Below are positions 14,933 to 26,896 of a DNA stretch of 64,000 bases, in pieces (the first letter of the stretch is position 1; every line of letters begins with the position of its first letter). The notes beneath the pieces are model-generated. The model was given only the letters and a program-made list of their open reading frames with translations. It ran no database searches and had not been told where the DNA came from. This DNA is from the human T2T-CHM13v2.0 reference genome, Homo sapiens: NCBI RefSeq assembly GCF_009914755.1, contig NC_060933.1, one strand, 5' to 3'. A program made the translations under genes and the position numbers.

Positions 14933-16395
14933 GATCTTCAGAGTACAGGAAAGAGGGCATCTGATGCATTTCCAGGCATTATCCTCAGGTGAAAATGGAC
15001 TAGCAAGAGTAGGAAGGTAGCACTGTTTGGGTTGTAGGCAAAATTAACAATAGTATTTCCACAATCATTGTTCTCTTTTTGAATCCATGCTTTCTTATGA
15101 CTTTCTGAAAAACACCAGGGCTTTATTCATCTGTTGGCTCTGTATGTGATTAGCAGAGGTGTCATTGTTCTCAGCCACATCCTGTTTTCCTTTAGATGGC
15201 CCTTTAGGTTCAGTGGGAGTGAACAGAGGGTCAACTTTGTTGTCTCTTGTGATGGAGAAAAACAATGTTCGGTTCAAGAAAACTATAAGCCAATTTTAAC
15301 GTGCTCCTTTTAGCTTGCAGTTTTGAAAATGAACTTTATTTTCCATTAACAGTAATTGCTGTAAGAACTCATGGCTGCTTACAGCATGAGCTCTTACTGG
15401 TGGATAGCATCTGTCAAATCTAGAGGAGGCAGAATTATTTGTGGTCAGTACTAGTCAGTTTTCTACTAAGTACAAATCAATTTTCACTTTTCCCTTCTTT
15501 ATACATGGTCACCTGTTCTAAAATATTTGAGGAAAAGGGAGAGTTTGCCTTATTCCTGCTAGGCTGTTAGCCTTTATCCCTGTGGCTCTGGACTCAGTTC
15601 ATGAAGAACTGCTGCAAGCTACGGGGAGACCTTAAAAACTGTGTGAACATGGGGTGGCTCTCTTCACTCTTACGGCTTCACCCCTGCCTTATGTCATCTG
15701 AGCATAAAACTATGTTTGCAGTTACAACATAAATGATGATATTTAAAACTATGCAACATGGGCTTATTCTCATATAGTTCCAGAACCAGAAGCCACACAG
15801 TTAAAGCCTTTGCAATCTGTTGGCATCCTCTCCTGGGTGCACCTAAATCTTGCTGTGCTTCCTCAGGTCTCCGACTTCCTTCCCTTCCTAAGGAAGCCTC
15901 CACCCCAACACATAGTCTTGGTCTAGCCTTCATTCTGTCTTGGTCCTCCCATACCACATTTCTCCAAATCTGGATGAGCACCCAGTGGGCTTTGCTTCAC
16001 TGATGTCCTATAGAACAGGCCAAAGTGGCTATTGCACCCCAGCTGAAGACCAGGCCCCTTGAGTATCTATCAGTGAAAATTTTTAGGTAGTCACTTTTGG
16101 ATCAAACTCACATTTCTTCTGAAGACTAACATTAATATTTGAATTTTTCAATCTAATTTATTAAAGAGTATATATGTATATATGTTACCCTATAATCTGG
16201 AAGTTACTGTAATATTATAACATTAATTTCTTTCTTTTCATTGATCCCTCCAATTCCTCAAATCTTCTGTGAACACCAAACATAAAACAAACTAAAGATT
16301 CCAAACACTTCTTAATGGTTCATATTTTGGCTATACAAAAACACAGCTGAAGATTTGAATTTATTTCCCTAGTGTTTCTGATTGGGTGGGTGGGG

Positions 16396-16396
<1 letters not shown>

Positions 16397-16456
<60 letters not shown>
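16397..16456. repeat. (TA)30 microsatellite
   Basis: Uninterrupted 60-bp TA run read directly. Confidence 0.99.
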
Positions 16457-16460
<4 letters not shown>

Positions 16461-16534
16461 CAGTTACATTTAAAAGAAGGGTTGCCTGTGAGTTTGGACA
16501 GTTGACACCAGATTAATTCCTCTTTGCCTCATAG

Positions 16535-16750
16535 TATATGGACAGAGTGTCAAAGCTTGAAATGACGAGACCTGGATGAAGATTCCAGCTCAACTATTTA
16601 CTTGCTATTTGACTTCATACAGTTTTCTTAAATCTGGCGATTTGGTTTCCTTTGGTATAAATTGTGGCCGATAATAGTGTTCGCCCCATGGTTATATTAT
16701 GGTTAAATGAGAATTTAAGTGAGAATATTTAGTCTAACTCCAAAGACCCG
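16535..16750 (+). mobile_element. MIR SINE
   Basis: GACCTGGATGAAGATTCCAGCTCAACTATTTACTTGCT..GGTTAAATGAGA. Confidence 0.65.
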
Positions 16751-17099
16751 ACAGGGGCTTGATAATGTAATGTAGTGAATCCAGGTCTAGTTTTGCTGTA
16801 TAATAATAGAAGGTTATTACCAGCCTCACAAACAGCCAAACTTCGAATGAAATTACTAATGACTTGCAATATTGACTGTATTTTCATTTTCTTCCTAATT
16901 TGGCAAAGTCATGTTACATGAGAGCTTTTAGTTTTACATGCATTTTTCTTAAAAAATTCACTAACAATACTAATTGATAAGTTGCTTGTCAATTATAATT
17001 CATAGGCAGATATTAGGCTGTGATCATTTCATTTGAATTTTTATGTAGGGACCATTCCAGAAACACTTATTTTCATTTGCTACTTGTAATAGCAGGAAT

Positions 17100-17345
17100 T
17101 GTCCCCATTTATTGCATGAATAACTGTGGCTATATGCCTGAAAGATTGTTAAGTGCCTAATACACATTATTTCATTTAATCCCCACATCAACTCCAAAAT
17201 GTTTAGAACATTAACATGATTTTACAGATTAAGAATCTGACGGTCAGACAAATTAAATACCTTCCACAAAGTCTTCCAGTTAGAAAGTAGGAGGGCTCTA
17301 TTTGAAGCCGGATCTGATACCAATGCCTGACCATTCAATAACTAC
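17100..17345 (-). mobile_element. MIR SINE
   Basis: CATTATTTCATTTAATCCCCAC..ATTTTACAGATTAAGAATCTGA. Confidence 0.75.
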
Positions 17346-17947
17346 ATATTTTATGCAACCTTATACTTTCTTCTAATAATATTTTCTTTATATCACAAAT
17401 AATTCTTTCTTATAACTACCTATCCCGCAGTTGACTCCCTGATGCCATCATGGCATTCTCAGGTGGTAATCAGCTTTGCCTCTGTACTGTTCTGAAGGGG
17501 AATCTCCTAATGCTTCCACTCTTGGAAACTAAATTTAGATGACATTTGTCACACAAGACCATGTGGGATGAAATATTGCCATCAATAATCTTTGAGTAAA
17601 TTCTTTGAATTAAAAGTACTGTAAAACAACAGAAAAAATATTGAGGATGGGTGGATCCACGTGATGGTATAACGTTTCAGCTTAAGCAAAATTTTAACGA
17701 ACCACACTAAAATGGCAGCACAGCTACAACCCACTAGGAGTTGGAAAAATCACAAGCCGAATGTAGTGGAAAATCATCTCTACAGTATCAGAAATCCCCT
17801 CTGTTTACAGAAGCCTGGGATATGTTGGTTATTTCTCCTGACCTCGTCTCCATGGAATGTGCTGTATTATCACATAGAAATACCTAAACCAGTCTGTATT
17901 GTAATTCCTTAGGCTATAATGTAATTTAAATTCAAAAGATCCAACTG

Positions 17948-18246
17948 GGCTGGGCGAGGTGGCTCATGCCTGTAATCTCAGCACTGTGGGAGGCTGAGGC
18001 GGGCAGATCACAAAGTCAGGAGTTCGAGACCAGCCTGGTCAATGTGCTATAACCCCGTCTGTACTAAAAAATACAAAAATTAGCCGGGCGTGGTGGCAGG
18101 CACCTGTAGACCCAGTACTCAGGAGGCTGAGGCAGGAGAATTGCTTGAACCCGGGAGGCGGAGGTTGCCGTGAGCTGAGATCACGCCACTGCACTCCAGC
18201 CTGGGTGACAGAGTGAGACGCCATCTCAAAAAAAAAAAAAAAAAAA
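17948..18246 (+). mobile_element. AluSg/Sc-like SINE
   Basis: GATCAC--AAAGTCAGG (2-bp gap typical of Sg/Sc/Y); 14-bp TSD AAAAGATCCAACTG at 17934-17947 and 18243-18256. Confidence 0.96.
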
Positions 18247-18256
18247 GATCCAACTG

Positions 18257-19280
18257 AACAAAACTGAACATAGATCCAATTGGGAATAGAACAGGCTTTT
18301 ATAAGCATGCAGGCAAATTCATAAAAACATAACAGATTTGAATACATAAAAACTTAACTTTCCTGTATAAGAGCAGTAACAACAAAATAATCATAAAATA
18401 ATTAGGCAAATGAAAAACTGGCCACTTTGAATAGATGAGTTCTAACAAATTAAATGAGAAAAATACAAATGTGCTGTGAGAAAGTAAAAAGCGTGAAGAG
18501 GGAATGAACCAGAAAAGAAACTTTTATAGATACTAGGTATATGAAAAATGTTTAACTCTACTAGAAATTAGAGAAATAAACATATTTCACTTATCAAAAT
18601 AGAGGTATGCAGAAATTTATATAGTCATATATATATGTCTGTGAGGACGGAGAGACATATGGGCACTTGCCCTGATGGTGGGAATGACACTGGTATGACC
18701 TGGTTGGAAGTTGTACCATTTTGGAAATAGGTTTCTAAATCCCTAAGTATGTTTTTACTACCTGGTTCAGTAATTTGACTTTTAAAAATTAATTTTAAAA
18801 TTAAAAATTAAGAAACTAATTTACACAGTATAATAATTTAAACTGGGATCCATGCAAAGATGCATCAAGAAATTGTAAATTGAAGACTTGATTATAAGAG
18901 CAAAAGTTTGAAAATAGTATGTGTTCAGATGAATAGAAAAGAGTTGTGAAAGAAGTTACAAAGGTACCTACCTAAGAAGACAATCTGCAGCAATTAAAAA
19001 ACCATGCTTTAAACAATACTTAATAATATAGATTAATGTTTATTTTGACTTGCTAAGTGAAAAAGATGTTACGGAGTTGTATACGTAATGTGATGCTGAC
19101 TGGAAGAAATTATAAATATTCACAGAAAAGAAAGATAAGAAATACTCCAAAATATTAATATCAACTAACCTTTAGTGGACATTGGGATTAGGAATGATTT
19201 CCATTTTTGTTTATACTGTTTTTCTTCATCAGTGGCCATGTATCACTTGGGAAAAGATACACTTTAAAAATAAAAACTTT
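18257..19280 (+). mobile_element. Old L1M(E)-type LINE, ORF2 end and 3' UTR remnant
   Basis: A-rich, with L1 motifs GATTTGAATACATAAAAACTT, AAATGTTTAACTCTACTAGAAATTAGAGAAAT, GATGGTGGGAATG. Confidence 0.7.
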
Positions 19281-20464
19281 AAAGACCATATATCCTACCA
19301 AAACGACTAAGATATAATGCAGTTTAGATGGAATATTTTCTTTACTTGTTGTCCAGATATTTTCATTCACACTCCTAGCCATTAATCTATTCTTTTGTTT
19401 CCAGGATGTGTTCATGAAACTGTATTTCTCACTCAGAACTCAGAGAAGAGATGAAAGGCTGTTGTTACCTTTCCTTTTTACACAGGCAGTAAAATATATT
19501 TTTAATGGTTCTGTTTTAAATCCCTGTTGTTAGAAACATTTATTTAACCTCTAACTCTGTTCTACTGAGACATTTTTGTTTACATCAGGCTAGACCTTGA
19601 CCTTCCCAACCTCACACTCAGGGGAAACTTGTTGTTGTTGTTGCTTTTAAAAAAGATTTGATTGAAATTGTTTTGGCTGATTCTTTTAGATTTGGAAATA
19701 GCCAAGAGCTATTCTGCTTCAGACTATTTGGGGAGACTTTATTTTTCCCTCCTCCGGCTTAAAAAGATTTCATTATGAAAGTGAAATTATACAGACAGTG
19801 AATAAGACACGAATATGTCAAAACTTTTATTCCCCCCTGGAGCTTGAGTGGTAAAAATGATCTTTTGCCATTGCCATTGCAACTAAGAGAACTTCTTAGT
19901 TCTCTCCTGTTTTCTTGGAGGCATATTGGCATGCGGGCAGAGCTTCAGATACAGTCTTCAGGGTTCTTCAGATAATTGGAAAGGATGAGGGTTGGTGTCT
20001 AGTTTTAGGTAGCCGGCATCTGGCAGCCTTCCATAGAAACACCTCTAACTGCCTCTAAAGGAACTTGGAGTTGAGTTTACTCCACTTTGCAGAGAATACC
20101 AGGAGTCTGCTCATATGTTTGCTACTTAGTCTATGGAAAGTGAGAATATTGTCACTATGGAAAGAGTTTTTATATGTGTGCAGGGAATGGTGTAAGAAGA
20201 AAGAATGAGTCCAAATCATTTTTATCCACCTTTCTATTCTAATTCCTTTCAGCCTCCGGTCTCTGGGAAGATATTCTGAAGGTTACAACTACATCCATAG
20301 CTCTTCATGTATCACAGAACACTCCCAAGGATACATGGGAATGACAGAGGCCACAGTAACCACCACATGACCCCAACTCTGCTCACTATTGTGGTGTCTT
20401 CTGACCAATTATTACTGAGAAGTTTTCATGAGTATTCAGGTGCAGTCCTACCAGTTAATTTTTC

Positions 20465-21110
20465 CTCTCTAGGAAATCACTATTTCTTAAAGGAGCCCTG
20501 CCTTTTTTTTTCTTTTTTTAAGTGGAGTATGGCACTTAGAAGCTAAGATCTAGTGTTTAGTGTGCTCATTGTTACTGGGATGCCATTGCTTCTAGGTGTT
20601 CTCATTGGACAGAGCTAAGAAATATATGTGTATATATGCACATATAAATATTTACATATATATATATCTCCCACACACATACCTCTTCAGTGATCTCTGT
20701 ATCTTTCTGTGTGTATATTTGTCACAAAACAATATATGTATAGATGTATTCATTTATATATATATATATGTGTTCGTTTCTCCAATCCAACACCTCAGGC
20801 TTCTTTCTTTTCTTTCTCCTTTTCCTCAGGTGTTGCCAGTCCAATTTCTGAGGCTTCTTTCTTTTCTTTCTCCTTTTCCTCAGGTGTTGCCAATCCAATT
20901 CCTCAGGCTTCTTTCTTTTCTTTCTCCTCTGCCTCAGGTGTTGCCAATCCAATTCCTCGGGCTTCTTTCTTTTCTTTGTCCTCTTCCTCAGGTGTTTCCA
21001 AGCCAACACCTCAGGCTTCTTTCTTTTCTTTCTGCTCTTCCTGTTTGTAAAATCTTCTCTAGCAGTATAAAATTTAGCTCCCATTATCCTCAACGTATTT
21101 AATTATTTAC
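20465..21110 (-). mobile_element. L1MC/L1MD-type 3' UTR fragment hosting a minisatellite
   Basis: AAGGAGCCCTG..AGTGGAGTATGG..AAGATCT..GTGTGCTCATTG..GGACAGAGCTAAGAAATATATG and GCTCCCATTATCCTCAA match recalled L1MC4-like 3' end. Confidence 0.75.
20782..21042. repeat. 54-bp minisatellite, ~4.8 copies
   Basis: Units start at 20782, 20836, 20890, 20944, 20998; consensus CCAATCCAATTCCTCAGGCTTCTTTCTTTTCTTTCTCCTCTTCCTCAGGTGTTG; explains the 18-aa periodicity of three overlapping ORFs. Confidence 0.97.
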
Positions 21111-21661
21111 TTCATCAATTTGCCGTTGAAGAGCTGCCATCAAGCTGCATTCTCTGCCTCTCCCTGCTGCAGTCTGTATCCAGGACTGGCTTGCTGACCT
21201 GTACCTCAGAGAAAGGAAGGAAAGAGAAGGGAAAATAGAAACAGAAGGTACAGCAACTTTTTAACAACTTTTTTCCTTATTCCTTTTGCTCACAGTATTT
21301 CTCACACTCTGCCGCTGCCCCGAAGGTTTGACATCCCAATCCAAAGCACACTAGCATTCATAAATGTGAATTTTTTTTAATACTTTGTAAAATTATGATC
21401 ACTTCAGATAGTTTTTTTTTTAAAAAAAATCTTAATGCCTATATATACCCACTCCATCCCCTGTAATATCCTTAACTTCTTGCCTTTTAAATCAAACATA
21501 ATAGCTTTAACAACAGAACAAGACCTCATTTGACATTAAAATATACAAAATATGGTGCTAGAAAAACTTGACCTCACATGCAGAGATCTTCAACTGCCAG
21601 CAAAAGTTAAATGTATGAGGTAACTGTGGGCTTTTCTCAAGTTCACATTTCTGGTAAAGTC

Positions 21662-21663
<2 letters not shown>

Positions 21664-21727
<64 letters not shown>
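21664..21727. repeat. (TG)32 microsatellite
   Basis: Perfect 64-bp TG run. Confidence 0.99.
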
Positions 21728-21728
<1 letters not shown>

Positions 21729-21929
21729 TTGCTGTTTTTCTTCTTTGTGGATTTTCCACCCTCTACGTGTTTTGAAAACATCAGTGCTGAAAAACTAAGC
21801 TGTCAAGAAAAAGCTGTAAATTGCTTTTTTGAAACTAGAATATGCTGACCTCTTCCTTGAGAATGAAAAAGGCCTCTCTTTTATTGGGCAAATTCTTATC
21901 CAAAGTTTTGACCCATAAGACACTTTAAA

Positions 21930-22316
21930 TCTGTAGAAATTGCTAACAACACATTTTCTTTGTTTTCTGGACACAAAACTTGACTGCATTTTCTAGCCTC
22001 CCTTGCCATTACACAAGGCCAAAGGAATATGGCTGAAAGTGATGTACAGCAACTACCTCTGAGCAATGCTCTCTGTTCCCTGTCTTTGCTCATATGGTGG
22101 CCAGACGAGGAGCACTCAGTAGAGAACTCCAAAACCTAATGGTGGAGCCACTATGGGGAAAGAACCTGGTTCCTGCTTGGGGTAGAGTGCCCTCATTCCC
22201 TCCACTCCGTTCCTACTAACCTGGACAGGACTGTGAGGTGTGCAAGTAATAGACATGGATAATTGAGTTTTGTTTGATACTGTTTGTTACAATACTTAAC
22301 TTACTATGATTAACAA
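21930..22316 (+). mobile_element. MLT1 (J/K/L-like) MaLR LTR
   Basis: TGCATTTTCTAGCCTCCCTTGC, GGCCAAAGGAATATGGCTGAAAGTGATGT, ATGGTGGAGCCAC, TGTTTGTTAC near the end. Confidence 0.7.
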
Positions 22317-22438
22317 CATTTCCAAAACAAGATGCCATGTGGGTTTCTACTAGGAATAATTCACAATGTTCACTGATGGATAGATTTCCAGTGGCAGGCT
22401 ATAGCAAAACTTGTCTGTCTGGGAAAAATGGTTGTGGG

Positions 22439-22680
22439 TTTTTTTTTTTTTTTTTTTTTTTTGAGATGGAGTCTCGCCCTGTCACCCAGGCTGGAGCTCA
22501 GTGGCTGAGTAGCTGGGACTACAGGCACCCGCCACCACGCCCGGCTAATTTTTTGTATTTTTAGTAGAGATGGGGTTTCACCATGTTAGCCGGGATGGTC
22601 TCAATCTCCTGACCTCATGATCTGCCTGCCTCGGCCTCCCAAACTTCTGGGATTACAGGTGTGAGCCACCGTGCCTGGCC
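22439..22680 (-). mobile_element. AluY with ~63-bp internal deletion in the right arm
   Basis: AluY diagnostics (TTAGCCGGGATGGTCTC, GGGACTACAGGC.CCCGCC); CAGTGG joined directly to CTGAGTAGCTG at 22504/22505. Confidence 0.93.
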
Positions 22681-25524
22681 GGCAAAATGTTTTTATTTTA
22701 CTTCACTATGAAGTTTCCTTCAGCTTCAGTGAGTAATGTAGTGATACTTTTTAAGGTTCTGAAGCTTTGCAACCAGAGTTCCAAGGAAGGTGCTCAGATA
22801 TGCCCAACTTCGATGGCTTGTCTGGAGATAAATGACTCCAGGGAAAAACAGTGACGGTCCCTTCTGTGAGCCAGCATACTGATTCATGGAGCTATTTCAT
22901 GTCTGGTCAAGTGTAAATACTAATGAATGTTACTATAACATCTCTTTGAGATGTGTAAGGGTTAATATTCTTTCCAGCATGACCTAGTTTACTGCAAGAA
23001 TGACTAAGTAATAGGGAGAACTAAACTCAATATCACTATGGTATTTCCTTTCCTTGGAAAGAGTTTCTGGCCATGAAAGGTGAGCTCATTTGCGTTTTCA
23101 CTTCTGTCCATGAAATAAGGAGAATGACTGAGACATCACCTCTCTGGGTACACAGGTCGTCTGCTGCTCCGCCTGTTTGGGATGCTCCTAGTTGCTTTTT
23201 TAATAACTGGTTCCTTTACCTCTTAGAGTAGACCCTGGGGCATTCTCTGTGGAGGGCTCTTGACACTGGAAATTCCTTCTTTTGGTTGATCAAAGCTGGT
23301 GCAGCCTGACCCCACCCCAGGAAGTGGTGGCAGACACATCTGCTCAGCCTGGCGTCCTGCCAGCTGGGGATTTATTCTGGGGTGAGTGGGGAGAGGGACT
23401 TTCATGTCAGGAGGGGATTTATTGTTGGCTGATGGGGTGTGGCAAGTGTGAAGGGTGGGAACCACTTCAGCTTCTTCTCTGGATTGTCTGACTTTTTGTG
23501 AGGTAGAGTTTAATCTTTGCATGTGGGTTCCAAGACTTTTGTGAAAAGTAAGGGCAAGTGCTGAACTGATGTACTTTAATGATCAACTGAAATGCTTTTT
23601 TGGAAGTGAAGTATGGACTTGTAAAAAGCAAGATGACAAAAGTTGAAGGTTTGCTGACTACACAGAGTAAAATACTGTTTAGAACCAAACAGCTGAAGAT
23701 AACATTCTGACACTCCTCACCAGTTAGCCAATCTAGCTCCACAGACCTAGGGGAATAATGGAAACTGAGGCTGGGTCACTTGGTATTCTGAAATTCTGCC
23801 TTCCTCTAAGGGAAGTCATTGAACATTAGACCTCTTCATAGCTCAGTGTCTTCATGGTAACAATGGTAATGACACTAAAATGATGCATCGAATTCTCTAA
23901 AATATACCATATCTTGTGAAATTATTATATTTTGAGAAAGGCAGAAGATGACATTATACAGTGCTGGCCCAGGAACGCTGAATGACTAGAGTAGTAAGGT
24001 AGTCTGATAAATGATACCAAGATGTGGTTCTGAGCTCCGTGCTGTATCAAGCATTCAGTATATAAACAGAGAAGAAATTCATGAGGTTTAATTGAGTTTG
24101 ATTCTAGAGTTTGAGAGAAAGCCAGCATTTTTGCACTTTAGAAAATCTTTTATTTTCCCGGCCTTTATATTGCCTTTTAAGGCTACCAAGGGCAGGAATT
24201 TTACACAGGTCTGAATAATTGGCCCCCTCATGGATTTCATCTAGCAAACACTTGTAGTGTGGCTTTGATGCCAACTACTGGGCCATATGGTGAGGTTTAT
24301 ACAAAATAAATACAAGCTATGGTCCCTGCTCTCCATATAGCAGGAGTTCCCATTTGCAGCATACATCTAAGAATTCAGATAGGGCCAGTGCTCATTTGTA
24401 AATTAGAAAAGAGATGCTTTCTTAGGCGGACACAGCCATGGCTGCACAGTTTGGTGAATGGAGTGGGGGCCACATTTCAGCCTTCAATGGTTCCTTTATC
24501 CCTTACCCTGGTGCATCTTTGTGTGCTTTGAATTCCATCATATCTTGAGGAACTGTGGGCTATGTCTGCCAGGAACCTTAGTTGTGTGAGAGAACAAAAA
24601 GACCTCCTAGCAAATAAATCATCCTAAGGAAAGAAAAATTAGAAGCAGAGAACTTTAATCCAACCCCAACCCATCGCAGTGAAATAGACTGGGAGATTCC
24701 AATGGCAGCATGGTGTCTCTATACCTTTTGTCACTCTGTGAGTAAAAAACTGAGAGAGCTGTTTCAGCAAAACATGTTCTGTGGAATAACATGGAGGGAA
24801 CAAGGGAGCACTTCTTGGGATCTTCCATATTAGAACACAGGGCAGAGATAGGTGAAGGTGGGGAGAGTGTGTTGGCTTTAGCAGTGGGGCGGCCTCTGCA
24901 GGTTCAATCCAGTGGCCCAAGAAGTCTCTGTACAGATCAGCAACAGAAGATGGAGGCTTTGAGATGGCTTCAGAGTGGCTGAGTGATAACTTTTCCAGCA
25001 CTGATCAGTGAGGGAGAGTGGAAAGTGTCAGCTCCCTAAATCATCATCTATGTGTTGTTTGAAGAATTCCGGAAATACCTGGCAGAGGAGCAGGCTTAAG
25101 CACTAAAGTTCCTGAAACTGGGACTTAAGAGTCCTGTGAATATTATTTGTTGCTGTATTGTGGCATTATTTTTATATCAATGCAGAGGTAAACAGGGAAA
25201 CCGGAATAGCACATACACGTACGGAAAATGTCATACCACTGTAGGATAACTTTTCCTTACCATAAGGTGTGAGATTAAAGATGGTAGAGGATCACAAAAT
25301 GCAAGTTATCTGCATATATTCCATTTGGGTCCAGTTTCACTTGTTGGAGATGACAGAGTGTATGAGATGGTAAGCAACTTCACAGAATTAATAAGTGGGG
25401 CTTCCTGGACAATGCTCTTAAATCTCTATTTTAATAAATGACAGGGAGAAGAGAAGAGAAAGGAGGGGTGGAGAGGGGAAGTAAGGAGACCGGTTGGTCT
25501 ATTGTGAGTGGAAGGTATGTGAAG

Positions 25525-25700
25525 GGGAATGTACTCTAAATTGAAAACCAAGATTCCCAGGTTCTCTGCGTAGTTCTGCTCCAGCTAGTAAAATGGGTGT
25601 GGGAAAATCAATGACCTTCTCTAAGCTTTGGTTTTCTCATTTGTTAAATGAATGGATTGAACTGATGAACTTTTAGATTTCCTCCCTGAGTCCGATGTTC
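25525..25700 (+). mobile_element. MIR3-like SINE
   Basis: CTTCTCTAAGCTTTGGTTTTCTCATTTGTTAAATGAATGGATTGAACTGATGA core. Confidence 0.6.
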
Positions 25701-26896
25701 ACTTCTTTGTCTTTTAATACAGTCATAGTTTAAAAAAGAGAGTTTGCCTACAAATCTTGTGAATGGTTTGTGGCTTATTCTAATAGGACAGGACTTCAAC
25801 CAAATTACAGTATATCCCCAGCAAAGAGTTTGCTTTCTGACTGGAGCTTTTTGACCCGTGGGTAGTTCAAGTCAAGGTTCTATAAGTACACATTGAAGCC
25901 TTGTTTCTGCACTGCTGAGTGTGTATGTTTTGCCACCTTTCCCACCCCTTCTTTCTTTCCTCTCTAGTTTCCTACGTGTCAGTTCCTATTTCCCTTTTGG
26001 TCACTGTATAAACTTGTAGGACTTCTCCTAACCCTATCAGATTGGCCAGGCATGTAGTTTGTGTTTTTGCACATCCTGCCAAAATAAGCTTGGTCATTTA
26101 CCTCTGTTTATTTTCCCTTTCCAGACATCAGGTATTGTCTGCATTCCAGCGCCCACACAAAAGTAATATCTCCCCAATTAAGGCTACAGTGTCTCTGATT
26201 GTTGCTAAGGTTGGTGGACTTGGAGTCAGACCAACCAGAGGCATTTATTAAACAGCAGCCAGTGACATTTGGTTTCTTCAAGAGTTTTCAAATTCTCCGC
26301 AACAGCCATTCAAGTGACATTTTCAATAAACAATCTTAGAGGAGAGGACAAGACAGGGGAGGGAAGATGAGAGCAGAAGAAAGGAGGGGAATGGAGAGGA
26401 GCTGGAGGAATGAGGGGAGCTAAACTGTAAGAGAAGAAACCCAGAGAAAAACTGACACCTTCCCATATTTCTTTCCAGAAAAATTACTAGAATTTTGCCT
26501 TTATAGGATATTGCTATTCTAGTTTTTGACCAAATTGCATTTTCAACATTTAAAAAATTAATTTTAGGTTGATTCTGGTATCTGATGTTTTGGCTGTAGT
26601 TCACAAAACATCAGTTCTCCCTGACCTAAGAACATTTAGGTTCTTTTTCAGGATCATCTTTTGGAAGCAACATTCCAGAAACTTATCTCCTTTCAGAATC
26701 TTCATTGACACCTTGACCTCCATATACCTTTGTAGTTTCAAGTCAAGCTGATTTTTTGGGTCTGTTTTCAATGCTTTTCCACAGAAGTAGCCCTTTCATA
26801 CAGTGGCATCACTATTTAAAAAACACTACTATTCCTATAGCTAGAATTGTACCTATTCCTTATGGAAAAGAGGTTAAATGCTGAGACCATACACAT

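Noticed and set aside
19381-19490. Good acceptor TTCTTTTGTTTCCAG|G at 19404
   Set aside because: No convincing downstream donor; isolated acceptors are common.
20782-21042. Regular repeat as a CRISPR-like array
   Set aside because: Units are head-to-tail with no unique spacers, there are no cas genes, and the DNA is primate.
20596-21102. 168-aa, 113-aa and 123-aa ORFs with 18-aa repeats (including a basic KKRKKPEELDWQHLRKRR repeat)
   Set aside because: They are by-products of a stop-poor 54-bp minisatellite within an L1 fossil; open in several frames on both strands, with no gene context.
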